NCBI GenBank assembly: GCA_009711785.1
Contig: VENA01000068.1
Coordinates: 10,067 to 74,066, forward strand
Direction of reading: 5' to 3'
Source: Bacillota bacterium
GTDB lineage: Bacteria > Bacillota > Clostridia > Tissierellales > MES13
Length of the DNA stretch: 64,000 nucleotides
Part shown: piece after piece, positions 9,223 to 20,311 of the stretch
Numbering within the stretch: position 1 is the stretch's first letter
Layout of the letters: each line of letters opens with the position of its first letter
Made by a program: the position numbers and the translations under genes
Notes under the pieces: model-generated
Seen by the model: the letters and a program-made list of their open reading frames with translations, nothing else
Database searches by the model: none
Told to the model about the DNA's origin: nothing

Positions 9223-10119
9223 ATGTATAAACAATTGAAAGCAGATCTAGCATTGTTATTTGTAGCAATAGGATGGGGTGCATCTTTTATATTAACAAAA
9301 ACTTCACTAACTGAATTAGATACATATAATTTTCTAGCAACAAGATTTATTATAGCATTTTTATTATCATCTACCATATTTATAAAAGAGATGTTAAAGA
9401 TTGATAAAAAGACTTTTAAAAATGGAAATACATTAGGCATTATATTATTTTTAAGTTTTGCATTACAAACTGTTGGGTTAAATTATACATCGGCTTCAAA
9501 ATCAGCTTTTATTACTGGGTTTAATGTTGTTTTAGTACCTATAATGGCAGCTTTAATGATAAAAAGTATTCCTAAGAAAAAAACTATTTTTAGTGTGTTT
9601 TTAGCTTTTATTGGACTTGGAGTATTAACATTAAATGGTAGTATAACAGATATAAACATTGGTGATTTATATACCTTGATTAGCTCTATATTTTTTGCAT
9701 TATATATAATATATGTAGGGAAATTTACCCATGAATCTAAATCTGTTCCTTTAGCTGTTTTACAGATGGGAGTAGTAGGTTTTTTAAGCTTAATAACGTC
9801 CTTTGTATTCGAAAAAACAGTATTACCTACTCAAAGTAATGTTTGGATAAGTATTCTTATATTAAGTGTGTTATGTACCTCAGGTGCATATATAATACAA
9901 AGTGTAGCACAAAGATATACTACACCATCCCATACAGCGTTAATATATACGGCTGAACCAGTATTTGCTGCTATATTTGGTTATATTTTATCAGGTGAAG
10001 TATTGACTACTAAGGGGAAAGTTGGAGCTGTTTTAATACTTTCAGGTATGATAATAACGGAATTAGACATTTCAAAAATATTTATAAAACAAAAAAGAGT
10101 GGTAAAAGTGAAAAAATAA
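9223..10119 (+). CDS. EamA/DMT family transporter
   Basis: About 10 hydrophobic helices in two EamA-like halves. Start moved to ATG 9223, which is 6 nt after GGAGGTG; the ORF-track TTG at 9202 has no SD. Confidence 0.8.
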   Translation: MYKQLKADLALLFVAIGWGASFILTKTSLTELDTYNFLATRFIIAFLLSSTIFIKEMLKIDKKTFKNGNTLGIILFLSFALQTVGLNYTSASKSAFITGFNVVLVPIMAALMIKSIPKKKTIFSVFLAFIGLGVLTLNGSITDINIGDLYTLISSIFFALYIIYVGKFTHESKSVPLAVLQMGVVGFLSLITSFVFEKTVLPTQSNVWISILILSVLCTSGAYIIQSVAQRYTTPSHTALIYTAEPVFAAIFGYILSGEVLTTKGKVGAVLILSGMIITELDISKIFIKQKRVVKVKK

Positions 10120-10175
10120 AGCTTAATAATTACACTAAGTTTTCTATACTATACCTTAAATAAAGCTTATAAAGA

Positions 10176-10208
10176 TTGCTTAATTTAAATGAATTAAGTA
10201 GTTTTTTT
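10176..10208 (+). terminator. Intrinsic terminator after the EamA gene
   Basis: CTTAATT / AATTAAG stem (extendable with G-U pairs) followed by TTTTTTT. Confidence 0.55.
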
Positions 10209-10247
10209 ATAGTAATAACATATATTTTGCATTTAAGTAAGGACTTA

Positions 10248-10277
10248 TATCATAAATAATCTTATCATAAATGATAA
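10248..10277. repeat. 30-nt motif copy A (TATCATAAATAATCTTATCATAAATGATAA)
   Basis: 29/30 identical to 61026..61055. Contains the palindrome TTATCAT-AA-ATGATAA and a direct repeat of TATCATAAA. Confidence 0.8.
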
Positions 10278-10623
10278 CAACTATACTAATATTAACTTAT
10301 CTCTAGTTATAGAAAAGAGGATGAAGATTGTAGGAACCGGTGGACTATATATACATAAGATATATTTTAATAGATATCTTATAGGTTTGAAAGAAACAAT
10401 AAATAATAATTTTATTAACTGATATAATATAGTCAGCTAATAGCCTTTATAAAGGTGGTGGGAGTCAGAAGTTGAAATTATTAAGATTTAAAAAATGAAA
10501 GTAGTTTTTAAGGATTTTACAAGCTACTTAGGAACTGATAGTATAATTATAGAAAAAAAGACAAAAAAGAACTTTTATGGTTAGTGGAGTGATTTTATAT
10601 TTTAAAAAATAGGGGGAGTTATA

Positions 10624-11217
10624 TTGATTCATATAAGAGATTATAATTTAGAAGATGAACTAGAGTGGCTTGATGTACATGCTAGTGTAATGGTTGATTC
10701 ATATGCATGGTGGACAGCTATACATAAAAAACCTGAGTATGAAAATGATATAGTAGATTTAGTAGCTATATGTGATGATAGAATTGTAGGGTTTATAACA
10801 ATAGAAATTAATTCACAGGTTTTAAAAGAATTAGATAACTATGGTTTTGTATGGGAATTTGGAGTACATAGGGATTATAGAGGTAATGGTATCGGTTTAA
10901 AATTAATTAAAAAGGCACATAAAATATTAAATGAAAAATACAAAATTGATAAAACTATTTGGTATTCTCAGGATGAGAATGCTAAAAAGTATTATGAACA
11001 TATAGGAATGAAGGAAATAGATAGACATTGGCAATTTAGTATAGTTCCTGATGATAAATTAAAGAAAGAATTTAAAAATAATGGTTTTGATTGTTGGGAG
11101 ATTAGAGGGTCATGCTCAATAGATGATTTTGATAAAGTGAAGAAAAAGTATAATGTGATAGAAGATGATGATCCAATTAATCCAAAAATTTGTATTGGAT
11201 ACGAGTTAGTATTATAA
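10624..11217 (+). CDS. GNAT family N-acetyltransferase
   Basis: Motif A FGVHRDYRGNGIGLKLIKKA. TTG start 5 nt after GGGGGAG. Confidence 0.8.
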   Translation: MIHIRDYNLEDELEWLDVHASVMVDSYAWWTAIHKKPEYENDIVDLVAICDDRIVGFITIEINSQVLKELDNYGFVWEFGVHRDYRGNGIGLKLIKKAHKILNEKYKIDKTIWYSQDENAKKYYEHIGMKEIDRHWQFSIVPDDKLKKEFKNNGFDCWEIRGSCSIDDFDKVKKKYNVIEDDDPINPKICIGYELVL

Positions 11218-11222
11218 AGACT

Positions 11223-11254
11223 AAAATCTGAAGAATTATTTCTTCAGATTTTTT
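11223..11254 (+). terminator. Intrinsic terminator
   Basis: Perfect 12-bp stem AAAATCTGAAGA / TCTTCAGATTTT plus a T-run. Confidence 0.8.
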
Positions 11255-11368
11255 ATTAGTTTTAAGTAGACAATAAATGACATGCTTTACCATATATTAA
11301 CTTACGTGATACAATTGAGAAAGGGAGGGATATAAATGTAAAAGTTAATTATTACGAGGAGGAGTTTA

Positions 11369-11887
11369 ATGAATAAAATGGGAATAAAAATTATTATTAT
11401 GATGGGCTTAATAATATCTCTTGTGAGTTGTAAAAATTCAAAATATTTAAATAATAAAAATATAGAATATAAAAATCTTTATAATGGATTTGTTATAGTA
11501 GCAGGCAATGAATCATTACCTCCAAAAGAAACATTGGTATTTAATTCTAAAGGGGAATGGGATAAGTTTGGTAGAGAAAACTTTCCAGGAATAAATGGAA
11601 TTATAACAATGTTTGATAAAATAGATTTTTCAAAAGAGTGTATTGTTTATACTCTTACTATTAGTCCAAGAAGTGGTTATGGTTTATCCGAAGAGATTGA
11701 AAATATCTTTATAGATAATAATAAATTAATAGTTAAATACAAAACTAATAATACCTATAATATATATGCATTAAATAAGTATATTGATGAGTATAATTTA
11801 AAGATTATACATCCATACATAAACATAGTTAAAATAGAAAAAAAATACATTCCAGATGATTTGAAAAATATATATGTTTCAAATTAA
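11369..11887 (+). CDS. Putative lipoprotein, function unknown
   Basis: Signal peptide ending in the lipobox LVSC. SD GAGGAGGAG. Confidence 0.65.
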   Translation: MNKMGIKIIIMMGLIISLVSCKNSKYLNNKNIEYKNLYNGFVIVAGNESLPPKETLVFNSKGEWDKFGRENFPGINGIITMFDKIDFSKECIVYTLTISPRSGYGLSEEIENIFIDNNKLIVKYKTNNTYNIYALNKYIDEYNLKIIHPYINIVKIEKKYIPDDLKNIYVSN

Positions 11888-11933
11888 TATATTATATAAA
11901 AATTTCTTAAATTTATATTAGGGAGTGTTAAAA

Positions 11934-13223
11934 TTGAAGCTGTTATTTAAATTAAATAAAACTTTTATTATCATTATTATAGTGATATTTACCCTAGTTT
12001 CTTGTAATTATAAAAAAGATATAGAATATGGTTTAGAAGATGATTTTAAAGAAATTATAATAAAAGAAAGTAAAGATATAGATGAAGAAGATATATTAAC
12101 AGTGATAAATAAATGGCACGAAGAATTATATAATGAGTCTCAAATGAAATTTCTACCATCAGTTGTTTTAGCTAATATGATGGATCCAGTAACATATGAA
12201 ATAATTGAAAATTTAGATATAGAATCAATAAAAGATAAGGGGGCAGTAGAAAGGGTAATTAATTGGGCAAATGAAAGTATAATTCATACACAGACTTTAG
12301 ATATCTTTAAGGATAATCCTGGAAAGGACCCATGGGGAGTAGGGAATTTATTACCTGCGTATAAAAAATTGTTACCTAGTGAAATGAAGGCAATGTCAAT
12401 TTATTCAGGTAAAATTACTGGAAAATGTTCATCAATAGCTAGATTATTATCTAGTGTTTTTAGAGTTAGTGGTGTTAAGTTTAAGAACATAGTATTACTA
12501 AGGATGCCTTCCCATACAATAAGTTTAGTTAAGATTAAAGATACAGTATATTTAATAAATAATCAAAACATTATGAAGGTTAATAAAAAAATAATAAAGG
12601 AACTATCAGAACTACAGTATATAGGATTATATAACGAATCAGTTACAGTAAATAATAATATTAAAATTACAAAGGAAATATTTAAAAATAAAGAAACTCT
12701 ATTAGATAGCATTATAAAAGTTAATAATTTAAATATAAGAAAAACTGATAATCATTTAAAAGAGAAATTTGATAGGAAAGATTTATCTGATATGATTTAT
12801 AAAAGCAGTAATATAAAGTTTAGTTTGGCTAAGTATGCTTATCAAAGTTTATATGTAAAAAGACCTGAATTATATCTAAAGGCTTCTTTACGTTCACCTA
12901 AGGCTTTTGAACTTTCAAATAAACTAAATACTGATGAAGAAATTTTTAAATGGATTAAAGATAATATCAAAAGTGGTTCTATATTTAAAGATTTTAATGA
13001 GCGTATAATGATAGCTGACCAAGTTATAGTATTTAAGACTGGCGGGTTAAAGGACAAGGCAATATTAGCATATTCTTTACTTAAAAGAAATGGTTATAAC
13101 CCCATAATAAGAATATCTAGAAAAAATGCTTATATAAAATATGATAAAAAGATTTATGATTTTAAGAATAAACAAATTATAAATTCAATAGATGAAGAAG
13201 TTAAACTTACATTAAAAGATTAA
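11934..13223 (+). CDS. Putative lipoprotein with possible transglutaminase-like cysteine-protease core
   Basis: Lipobox LVSC. GKCSSIARLL (Cys) followed by MPSHTISLV (His) resembles the papain/transglutaminase-like Cys-His arrangement. Start placed at TTG 11934, 8 nt after GGGAG; the GTG at 11925 overlaps the SD. Confidence 0.55.
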   Translation: MKLLFKLNKTFIIIIIVIFTLVSCNYKKDIEYGLEDDFKEIIIKESKDIDEEDILTVINKWHEELYNESQMKFLPSVVLANMMDPVTYEIIENLDIESIKDKGAVERVINWANESIIHTQTLDIFKDNPGKDPWGVGNLLPAYKKLLPSEMKAMSIYSGKITGKCSSIARLLSSVFRVSGVKFKNIVLLRMPSHTISLVKIKDTVYLINNQNIMKVNKKIIKELSELQYIGLYNESVTVNNNIKITKEIFKNKETLLDSIIKVNNLNIRKTDNHLKEKFDRKDLSDMIYKSSNIKFSLAKYAYQSLYVKRPELYLKASLRSPKAFELSNKLNTDEEIFKWIKDNIKSGSIFKDFNERIMIADQVIVFKTGGLKDKAILAYSLLKRNGYNPIIRISRKNAYIKYDKKIYDFKNKQIINSIDEEVKLTLKD

Positions 13224-13330
13224 TACTTTTAAGATAAAGGGGTTATAAGATAATAAAGAAGATTTTAAAAAAACAATCAGTATGGTTTTATAAATTTTAA
13301 ATAATAGAACGATTTAATAGGAGGATAATT

Positions 13331-13801
13331 ATGGCAGATTACATAAAATCTTTAAGAGAATTAATAGGACACAAGCCATTAGTACTTAGTACAGCTGGAG
13401 TTTTAGTAGTAGACGATGAGAATAGAGTTTTGCTTCAGTTTAGAGTTGATAATAATACTTGGTGTCCACCGGGAGGTATAATAGAGCCAGGAGAGTTAGC
13501 TGAAGAAACAGCAAAACGAGAAGTGTATGAAGAAACTGGTATTATTGTGGAAAATCTAGAGTTTTTCAAAGTGTACTCAGGAGAAGAACAACATTATATC
13601 TATCCTAATGGTGATGAGGTATATTTTGTAAGTGTCACATATATAACCCGTAGTTTTAAAGGGGAGATATACATAGACGGAATAGAAAGTAAAGATGTTA
13701 AATTTTTTCATATTAACAATTTACCTAAAAATATTTCTTCATCTGTTAAACCACATCTTAATGACCTACAAAATTGGTTATATAAAGAAAATAATATTTA
13801 A
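13331..13801 (+). CDS. NUDIX hydrolase
   Basis: Nudix box [24 protein letters not shown]. Confidence 0.9.
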   Translation: MADYIKSLRELIGHKPLVLSTAGVLVVDDENRVLLQFRVDNNTWCPPGGIIEPGELAEETAKREVYEETGIIVENLEFFKVYSGEEQHYIYPNGDEVYFVSVTYITRSFKGEIYIDGIESKDVKFFHINNLPKNISSSVKPHLNDLQNWLYKENNI

Positions 13802-13805
13802 TATA

Positions 13806-13831
13806 AAAACTCCATTATTTAATGGAGTTTT
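13806..13831. terminator. Bidirectional terminator between NUDIX gene (+) and ilvB (-)
   Basis: AAAACTCCATTA / TAATGGAGTTTT perfect inverted repeat flanked by A-run and T-run. Confidence 0.7.
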
Positions 13832-13852
13832 CTTAAAATATAGCTTCAATTA

Positions 13853-15538
13853 TTATTCGTTTATGATTAATTTGTTTATTGGTTTTCCAGGAGGTACTAT
13901 AGGATAGACACTTTCATCTTTATCTATAATACACTCGATAAAAATAGGTTCATTATCATTAGTTTTATCTGCTAGTATTTTTTTAAAACTTTCCAGGTTA
14001 TTAACTTTATATCCATTAATTCCATAGGCGTTTACCAATTTTACAAAATCAACTTCATTACCTAAATCTGTTTCTGAATATCTTTCATTACTAAACATTC
14101 TTTGCCACTGTCTAACCATACCTAGGGTTCTATTATTAAAAAGTACAATTATTACAGGTAAATTATATGATTTTACTGTACTTAATTCGTTTAAGTTCAT
14201 TCTAAAACTTCCATCACCAGTTATTAATAAGGATTTATTATTAGGATTTCCTATTTGAGCTCCTATACTAGCGCCTAGTCCAAAGCCCATAGTACCTAAT
14301 CCACCAGATGAAATAAAACTTCTAGGTTTATTGAATTCCCAATTTTGTGCAACCCACATTTGATGTTGACCAACATCTGTCGATACTAATGTATCTTCAC
14401 CTAAGTAATTATTCAAAGTTTTTAGTATTTCACATGGAGAAAAGCTTATTTCTTCATCATATTCTAACTTCCAATTAGATATTTTCTTTAACCACTCATT
14501 TCTTTTATTTTTGTCTAAATACTCTACTAATTTAATTAGTATTGTTTTTACATCTCCTATTACAGATATATCAGTACCAAGATTTTTATCTATTTCAGTA
14601 CTATCAATATCTATATGAATAATATTTGCTCTAGGAGCAAATTTATCTGCCTTTCCAATAACTCTATCACTAAATCTTGCGCCTATTGCTATAATCAAAT
14701 CACTTTCCGTAACAGCAAGATTAGTTTCCCGTGCTCCGTGCATACCCACTAAACCTAAGGATAATTTATTATCCCTTGGAAAACAACCTAAGCCCATTAA
14801 AGTATTTGCAACAGGGATATCAGCCTTAGTTGAAAAGTTATATAATTCTTTATTTGCATTAGATGTAATTATTCCTCCACCAGCATATATAACAGGTTTC
14901 CTTGCTTTATTTATTTTATCTGCTACTCTTTTTAATAAATCTAAATTTAATTTTTGTTCTTTTTTAGGGGCTACAATGTCTTTTTTAAAATATTCTGTTT
15001 CTTTTAAAAATATATCCTTTGGGACATCAATTAATACTGGACCAGGTCTTCCACTTTTTGCGATTACAAAAGCTTTCCTTACAGTTTCAGCTAATTCATT
15101 AATATCTTGAATTAAATAATTATGTTTTGTAATGGGAAGTGTAACACCTGTAATATCTATTTCTTGAAATGAATCTTTTCCTAATAATCCAGAGGGTACT
15201 TGTCCAGTAATTACTACTAAAGGTACTGAATCCATATATGCAGTAGCTATTCCAGTTATTGTATTTGTAGCTCCAGGGCCTGATGTAGCAAAACAAACTC
15301 CAACTTTACCTGTCGTACGGGCATAACCATCTGCAGCATGTAAAGCTCCTTGTTCATGGGCTGTTTTAAAGTGATTAAAATTATCCATTTCATCATATAA
15401 TGCATCGTATAGAGGTATTACAGCACCACCTGGATATCCAAATAAAGTGTTTACTCCTTGTTCTTTTAAACATTCTAATAAAATTTGTGCTCCTTTAAGT
15501 TTCACCACATCACCTTCTTTCAATATTATTATCTGCAA
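13853..15538 (-). CDS. ilvB: Acetolactate synthase (AHAS) large catalytic subunit
   Basis: [21 protein letters not shown], and the TPP motif [10 protein letters not shown]. The true start may be GTG at 15505 (SD AAGGTGA) rather than the ATG at 15538, which overlaps ilvD. Confidence 0.9.
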   Translation of the reverse strand: MQIIILKEGDVVKLKGAQILLECLKEQGVNTLFGYPGGAVIPLYDALYDEMDNFNHFKTAHEQGALHAADGYARTTGKVGVCFATSGPGATNTITGIATAYMDSVPLVVITGQVPSGLLGKDSFQEIDITGVTLPITKHNYLIQDINELAETVRKAFVIAKSGRPGPVLIDVPKDIFLKETEYFKKDIVAPKKEQKLNLDLLKRVADKINKARKPVIYAGGGIITSNANKELYNFSTKADIPVANTLMGLGCFPRDNKLSLGLVGMHGARETNLAVTESDLIIAIGARFSDRVIGKADKFAPRANIIHIDIDSTEIDKNLGTDISVIGDVKTILIKLVEYLDKNKRNEWLKKISNWKLEYDEEISFSPCEILKTLNNYLGEDTLVSTDVGQHQMWVAQNWEFNKPRSFISSGGLGTMGFGLGASIGAQIGNPNNKSLLITGDGSFRMNLNELSTVKSYNLPVIIVLFNNRTLGMVRQWQRMFSNERYSETDLGNEVDFVKLVNAYGINGYKVNNLESFKKILADKTNDNEPIFIECIIDKDESVYPIVPPGKPINKLIINE

Positions 15539-17193
15539 ATTGCTCCTTTATCAGCAGATGAAACTAATTTTGAATACTTACTTAAATATCCTTTTACATT
15601 TATTTTCTTTATCTTTAAATTTTTCATTCTTTTATTAAAACACTGATCACTTATATTTAAATTTAAAATTCCATTTATCATATCAATTTCTATAATGTCA
15701 TCATTTTCTACAATTGCTATAGGACCACCTTCATAGGCTTCAGGAGATATATGACCTATTGCTGCACCTCTTGTTCCACCTGAAAATCTTCCATCGGTAA
15801 TTAAAGAAACATCTTCATCAAGTCCCATACCTGCAAGAACTGAAGTTGGAGTAAGCATCTCTCTCATACCTGGACCACCTTTAGGTCCTTCATATCTTAT
15901 TACAATTACATCGCCTTTTTCTATTTTTTCTGAAAGTATTGCCTTAACAGCTTCTTCTTCACTATTAAAAACCTTTGCTTTGCCCTTGGATTTAAGCATG
16001 TCTTTAGCTACAGCTGATTTCTTTACTACAGCACCGTTTGGAGCTAAATTACCCATCAGTACTGCTATGCCTCCAGTTTCACTGTGGGGTTTTTCAATAG
16101 ATGATATTACACTATTATCTATTTTTTCTTTGTTTTTTATTAAAGAACCAATCTTTTTATTTGATACAGTCATTTGTTTTAGATGTAATAAATCCTTTTT
16201 TCTAAGTTCATTCATTACAGCCATTATTCCACCGACTTCATAAAGATCTTCCATGTGATTTTCTCCAGCAGGGGATAACTTACAAAGATTAGGTGTTCTT
16301 TTACTTACTTCATTAATTTTTTCTAAGTTCATATCAACTTCAGCTTCACCTGCTATAGCAGTTAGATGTAAAACTGTATTTGTAGAACAACCTAAAGCCA
16401 TATCAACAGTTAATGCATTTTCAAAGGTTTTTTCATCTAAAATATCCCTTGGGCGAATATTCTTTTTGACTAACTCCATAATTTTCATACCAGTTTTTTT
16501 AGCAAGTCTTTTTCTTTCAGAATAAACAGCAGGAATAGTACCATTTCCCGGTAAGGCCAGACCTAATGCTTCTGTCATACAGTTCATTGAATTTGCAGTA
16601 AACATCCCTGCACAAGAACCACAACTAGGACAGGCTTTATTTTCTAATTCTTTTAATTCATTTTTATCCATGTTTCCAGAGTTTACAGATCCAACGCCTT
16701 CAAAAACGGTTGTTAAATCTATCTTTTTTCCTTTAAACTTTCCTGCTAACATCGGGCCGCCACTTACAATGATAGAAGGAATATTTATTCTAGCAGCTGC
16801 CATTAGCATAGCAGGTACAGTTTTGTCACAATTAGGTATTAAAACTAAACCATCAAAGGCATGGGACTCGGCCATTACTTCAATACTGTCTGTTATAAGT
16901 TCCCTACTGGCCAATGAAAATTTCATTCCTACGTGATTCATTGCCATTCCATCACATACTGCAATAGTAGAAAACTCAAGTGGAGTTCCTCCTTCCATTA
17001 AAACCCCACGTTTTACAGATTCTACAACATCTTTTAATCCAGTATGTCCGGGAACAATTTCATTGAAAGTACTAACTACACCAATAAAGGGTTTATCAAT
17101 TTCTTTATCATTTAAACCTGAAGCCTTTAATAATGATCTATGGGGAGCCTTTTTAACTCCCAGTTTCATTCTATTACTTATCAATATACTCAC
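15529..17193 (-). CDS. ilvD: Dihydroxy-acid dehydratase
   Basis: IlvD/Edd signatures: [42 protein letters not shown]. Confidence 0.95.
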   Translation of the reverse strand: MSILISNRMKLGVKKAPHRSLLKASGLNDKEIDKPFIGVVSTFNEIVPGHTGLKDVVESVKRGVLMEGGTPLEFSTIAVCDGMAMNHVGMKFSLASRELITDSIEVMAESHAFDGLVLIPNCDKTVPAMLMAAARINIPSIIVSGGPMLAGKFKGKKIDLTTVFEGVGSVNSGNMDKNELKELENKACPSCGSCAGMFTANSMNCMTEALGLALPGNGTIPAVYSERKRLAKKTGMKIMELVKKNIRPRDILDEKTFENALTVDMALGCSTNTVLHLTAIAGEAEVDMNLEKINEVSKRTPNLCKLSPAGENHMEDLYEVGGIMAVMNELRKKDLLHLKQMTVSNKKIGSLIKNKEKIDNSVISSIEKPHSETGGIAVLMGNLAPNGAVVKKSAVAKDMLKSKGKAKVFNSEEEAVKAILSEKIEKGDVIVIRYEGPKGGPGMREMLTPTSVLAGMGLDEDVSLITDGRFSGGTRGAAIGHISPEAYEGGPIAIVENDDIIEIDMINGILNLNISDQCFNKRMKNLKIKKINVKGYLSKYSKLVSSADKGAICR

Positions 17194-17198
17194 TCCCT

Positions 17199-18188
17199 TT
17201 ACTTATCTTCAACCCAAGACATCATTTTCCTTAAATCTTTTCCAGTTTCAACAAGAGGATGATTTAATTCATTTTTTCGAGTAGCATTAAATTCTGGTCT
17301 GTTTATTTTATTTTCCATTAACCAGTCTTTTGCAAACTTTCCTGTCTGGATTTCATTTAAAACTTTTTTCATCTCTTTTCTTGTATCATCGTTAACAATT
17401 CTTTTTCCAATCATGTAATCTCCATATTCTGCTGTATCACTGATACTATATCTCATTTTTTCAAAACCGCCTTCATATAAAAGGTCAACTATTAATTTCA
17501 TTTCATGTAAACACTCAAAATATGCAATTTCCTTTTGATATCCTGCTTCAACAAGGGTATCAAATCCTGCTTTAATAAGTTCTGTTACTCCTCCACATAA
17601 TACAGCCTGTTCTCCAAAAAGATCAGTTTCTGTTTCTTCTTTAAATGTAGTTTCTATAACACCTGCTTTTGTTGCACCAATTCCTTTTGCATAGGCTAAG
17701 GCTAAATCTTTAGATTTTCCAGTAAAATCTTGATACACAGCATACAGTGCAGGAACTCCTTTACCATCTTCATAGACTCTTCTTACTAAATGACCTGGTC
17801 CTTTAGGTGCAACCATAAATACATCAACACTTTCAGGAGGTACTATTTGGTTAAAATTTATGTTAAATCCATGGGCAAATGCCAGTGCATCTCCCTCTTT
17901 TAAGTAAGGTTTTATATTTTTTAAGTATATATCTCTTTGTTTTGTATCAGGTACTAACATCATGACTAAATCACTTTCTTTAGCTGCTAAAGAAACTTCT
18001 TTTACTTTAAGTCCATTTTTCTTTACTTTATCCCAGGACTTACTTCCTTTGTATAATCCAACAACTACATCTATACCACTTTCCTTTAGATTTAGTGCAT
18101 GGGCATGTCCTTGACTACCAAATCCAATTACTGCAACCTTTTTATTTTCTAATAATTTTAAATCACCTTTATAACACATTTTTGTCAT
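17199..18188 (-). CDS. ilvC: Ketol-acid reductoisomerase
   Basis: [22 protein letters not shown]-binding motif. Class I KARI length (329 aa). Confidence 0.95.
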   Translation of the reverse strand: MTKMCYKGDLKLLENKKVAVIGFGSQGHAHALNLKESGIDVVVGLYKGSKSWDKVKKNGLKVKEVSLAAKESDLVMMLVPDTKQRDIYLKNIKPYLKEGDALAFAHGFNINFNQIVPPESVDVFMVAPKGPGHLVRRVYEDGKGVPALYAVYQDFTGKSKDLALAYAKGIGATKAGVIETTFKEETETDLFGEQAVLCGGVTELIKAGFDTLVEAGYQKEIAYFECLHEMKLIVDLLYEGGFEKMRYSISDTAEYGDYMIGKRIVNDDTRKEMKKVLNEIQTGKFAKDWLMENKINRPEFNATRKNELNHPLVETGKDLRKMMSWVEDK

Positions 18189-18434
18189 TTAAATCTCCTC
18201 CTTAAGTTCTTTTATTTCTGTAACATCTACAAGTTTTTTCATTTGTTTTACCGCTTGATTAATACCTAGTCCTAAATGATCCTCTATAGTAATAAATAGT
18301 TTCGAGGAATCTGTATCAGATGTTTTTTTCATATTTACATTGCTAATATTAAATTTCTTTCTTCTTAAAGTACTTAGAACCCTCATTAATGAATCCATAT
18401 CATTTTGTAATTGTAAACTAAGTGTTTTACTCAA
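18189..18434 (-). CDS. ilvN: ACT-domain protein, short AHAS regulatory (small) subunit-like
   Basis: 81-aa ACT-like fold pattern (LSLQLQNDMDSLMRVLSTLRRKKFNISNVNM..). First gene of the ilv operon, abutting the ilvC start. Confidence 0.6.
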   Translation of the reverse strand: MSKTLSLQLQNDMDSLMRVLSTLRRKKFNISNVNMKKTSDTDSSKLFITIEDHLGLGINQAVKQMKKLVDVTEIKELKEEI

Positions 18435-18561
18435 AATAATTCCCCCTTAATAAATATAATTTTAGTCTTTAGTTTTATCACAACCTTTTTAAAGAAAGAT
18501 CTTTTGGTTTATCTAGTAAGTTATCGGAATGTTTTGAATGTTCTAAATAAAATACTAAATA

Positions 18562-18900
18562 AAAAAATCTTCCATCTCTATGAACATATTAGTATATGTT
18601 TATAGAGACGAAAGATTTTCGCGGTACCACTCTATTAGCAATTTTAATTGCCTCTTAAGTCAGATCGAAGTTAGTTTATTATTAAAACAGTTCTTGAATC
18701 CTAGCCATGTAACGGTGGCATCCGTCTTTGTTTACTCAATAATTTTAAATCTAATGTTTAAAATTAAATTTTAACTTAGCAGCTCAAGAGTGATCATTAC
18801 ATATCCTTATGACACTAACTTTCACCTAACGTTAGCTCTCTGTAGTCAAATTAAGATATCTTTATCTCCTTCATCACTTTTATAAATATTACGTTTTTTT
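18562..18900 (-). promoter_or_regulatory. T-box riboswitch leader of the ilv operon
   Basis: On the minus strand: K-turn GTGATGAAGG, AGAGAG bulge, distal loop GGTGAAAG, and the T-box sequence AATAGAGTGGTACCGCGAAAATCTTTCGTCTC (plus 18602..18636). The terminator AAATCTTTCGTCTCTAT..ATAGAGATGGAAGATTT plus T-run lies at plus 18562..18620. Specifier not unambiguous; AUC (Ile) followed by A is the best candidate. Confidence 0.85.
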
Positions 18901-18913
18901 AATATTGATTCAT

Positions 18914-18942
18914 ATTTTATACCCATAACTTAAGTTTGTCAA
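18914..18942 (-). promoter_or_regulatory. Promoter of the T-box/ilv operon
   Basis: Minus strand: TTGACA (18942..18937), 17-nt spacer, TAAAAT (18919..18914). Confidence 0.55.
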
Positions 18943-19316
18943 TAGTTTGTTTTAAATTATAATTTATTTTATTGTATCAAATATTTTGGCTAATATATTA
19001 TATTGTAGACTTAATAAATAACTCAAACTACATAACTAAAGTTAATGATGGTGAGTAAAATCTTTAGATATCAAGAAAATTATATAATGAGGGTTATCAG
19101 GGACATCTTTTAATTATACTTAGATGAAGATATACAATTTACAATTGATTATAAAAGAGATGATTATATCTATGTTAAATATATTCATTAAGGTGGGTAT
19201 AAAAGACAATTAATTAAACAGGAATAACTTAATAAGTTTTAAAATAAAAAAATATAGACAATTAAAGAAATACAAAACTAATGAGACCCTCCGAGAAATT
19301 TAAATATTATTTTAAT

Positions 19317-19348
19317 GTACCTAACTTTAGTTAGGTACATTTTTAAGT
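19317..19348 (+). repeat. Hairpin-family copy a (orphan terminator-like element)
   Basis: GTACCTAAC-TTTA-GTTAGGTAC perfect 9-bp stem plus ATTTTTAAGT. No intact + strand gene lies upstream. Confidence 0.75.
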
Positions 19349-19618
19349 ACCATATGATAAGATTTAAGTGGATACAGAAGTTAAACATCTATCTAACATG
19401 ATAGTTATTAGAGAGTTAGAAAAATATTGATGTTTTAAAAGAAATTGAAGATTATAAAGTGGGTTAACTATTACAAGAAGTTAAAAATGTTTTTTATTTG
19501 TGTATAAGGACCTATCAATTGAAGCTGAGAGAATAATGGTATTTATTAATAAAGGTAATGGGATAAGACTAGTATTTACTCATTGTCAAAATAAAGATAA
19601 AAAGGAAGGTATTTAAAT

Positions 19619-20113
19619 ATGTTTATAAGAAAAATTAGTGAAGGTGATGCAGGAAAATTTTTAGATATGCTAAAAAGGTTAGATGCAGAGACTAAATACA
19701 TGATGTTTGAGCCAAAAGAGAGGAAAACAAATGAAGATGAAATGAAGAAAAAGATAAAAGAAACTTTGGATTCAGATTCATTAATATTAGTAGTAGAAGA
19801 TAATAATGAAATAATTGGATATTTATCAGTAGAAAGGGGATTTGCAAATAGAATAAAGCATAGTGGTTATATAGTAATAGGAATATTAAATAGCTATAGA
19901 GGTAAGGGTATTGGAACAAAACTATTTGAGCACTTAGAAAAATGGGCAACAGAAAATAATATTACGAGATTAGAATTAACAGTAATGACTAACAATGAGA
20001 GTGGAATAAGATTATACGAAAAAATGGGATTTAAGAAAGAAGGAATAAAAGAAAGATCACTTAAAGTAGATGGAGAATACATAGATGAATATTATATGGC
20101 AAAGTTACTTTAA
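19619..20113 (+). CDS. GNAT family N-acetyltransferase
   Basis: Motif A GILNSYRGKGIGTKLFEHL .. YEKMGFKKEG. Confidence 0.85.
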   Translation: MFIRKISEGDAGKFLDMLKRLDAETKYMMFEPKERKTNEDEMKKKIKETLDSDSLILVVEDNNEIIGYLSVERGFANRIKHSGYIVIGILNSYRGKGIGTKLFEHLEKWATENNITRLELTVMTNNESGIRLYEKMGFKKEGIKERSLKVDGEYIDEYYMAKLL

Positions 20114-20311
20114 AATATAATATACAAACAGCTTTAAATATATCAAGTTATTGTATTATAACTTTTCTATATAGATAATAAGTAATTAAAATAGATTTAA
20201 ATATAAGAATAAAGAAGTTAAAAATGAAAACATAGATAGTTTTAAGATCTAGGTTTCTTAAATAAATCAATTAATTTAAATAACTAAAACAAATAAAGGT
20301 GGAAATAAAAT

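Noticed and set aside
10321-10422. 33-codon ATG ORF (MKIVGTGGLYIHKIYFNRYLIGLKETINNNFIN) downstream of motif copy A
   Set aside because: The only purine-rich stretch (AAGAGG) abuts the ATG with no spacer, and the peptide has no recognisable character. Not reported as a gene.
18580-18774. 64-aa + strand ORF in the track
   Set aside because: It lies entirely inside the minus-strand T-box leader (it contains the GGTACCGCG T-box complement), has no SD, and is best explained as a chance ORF.
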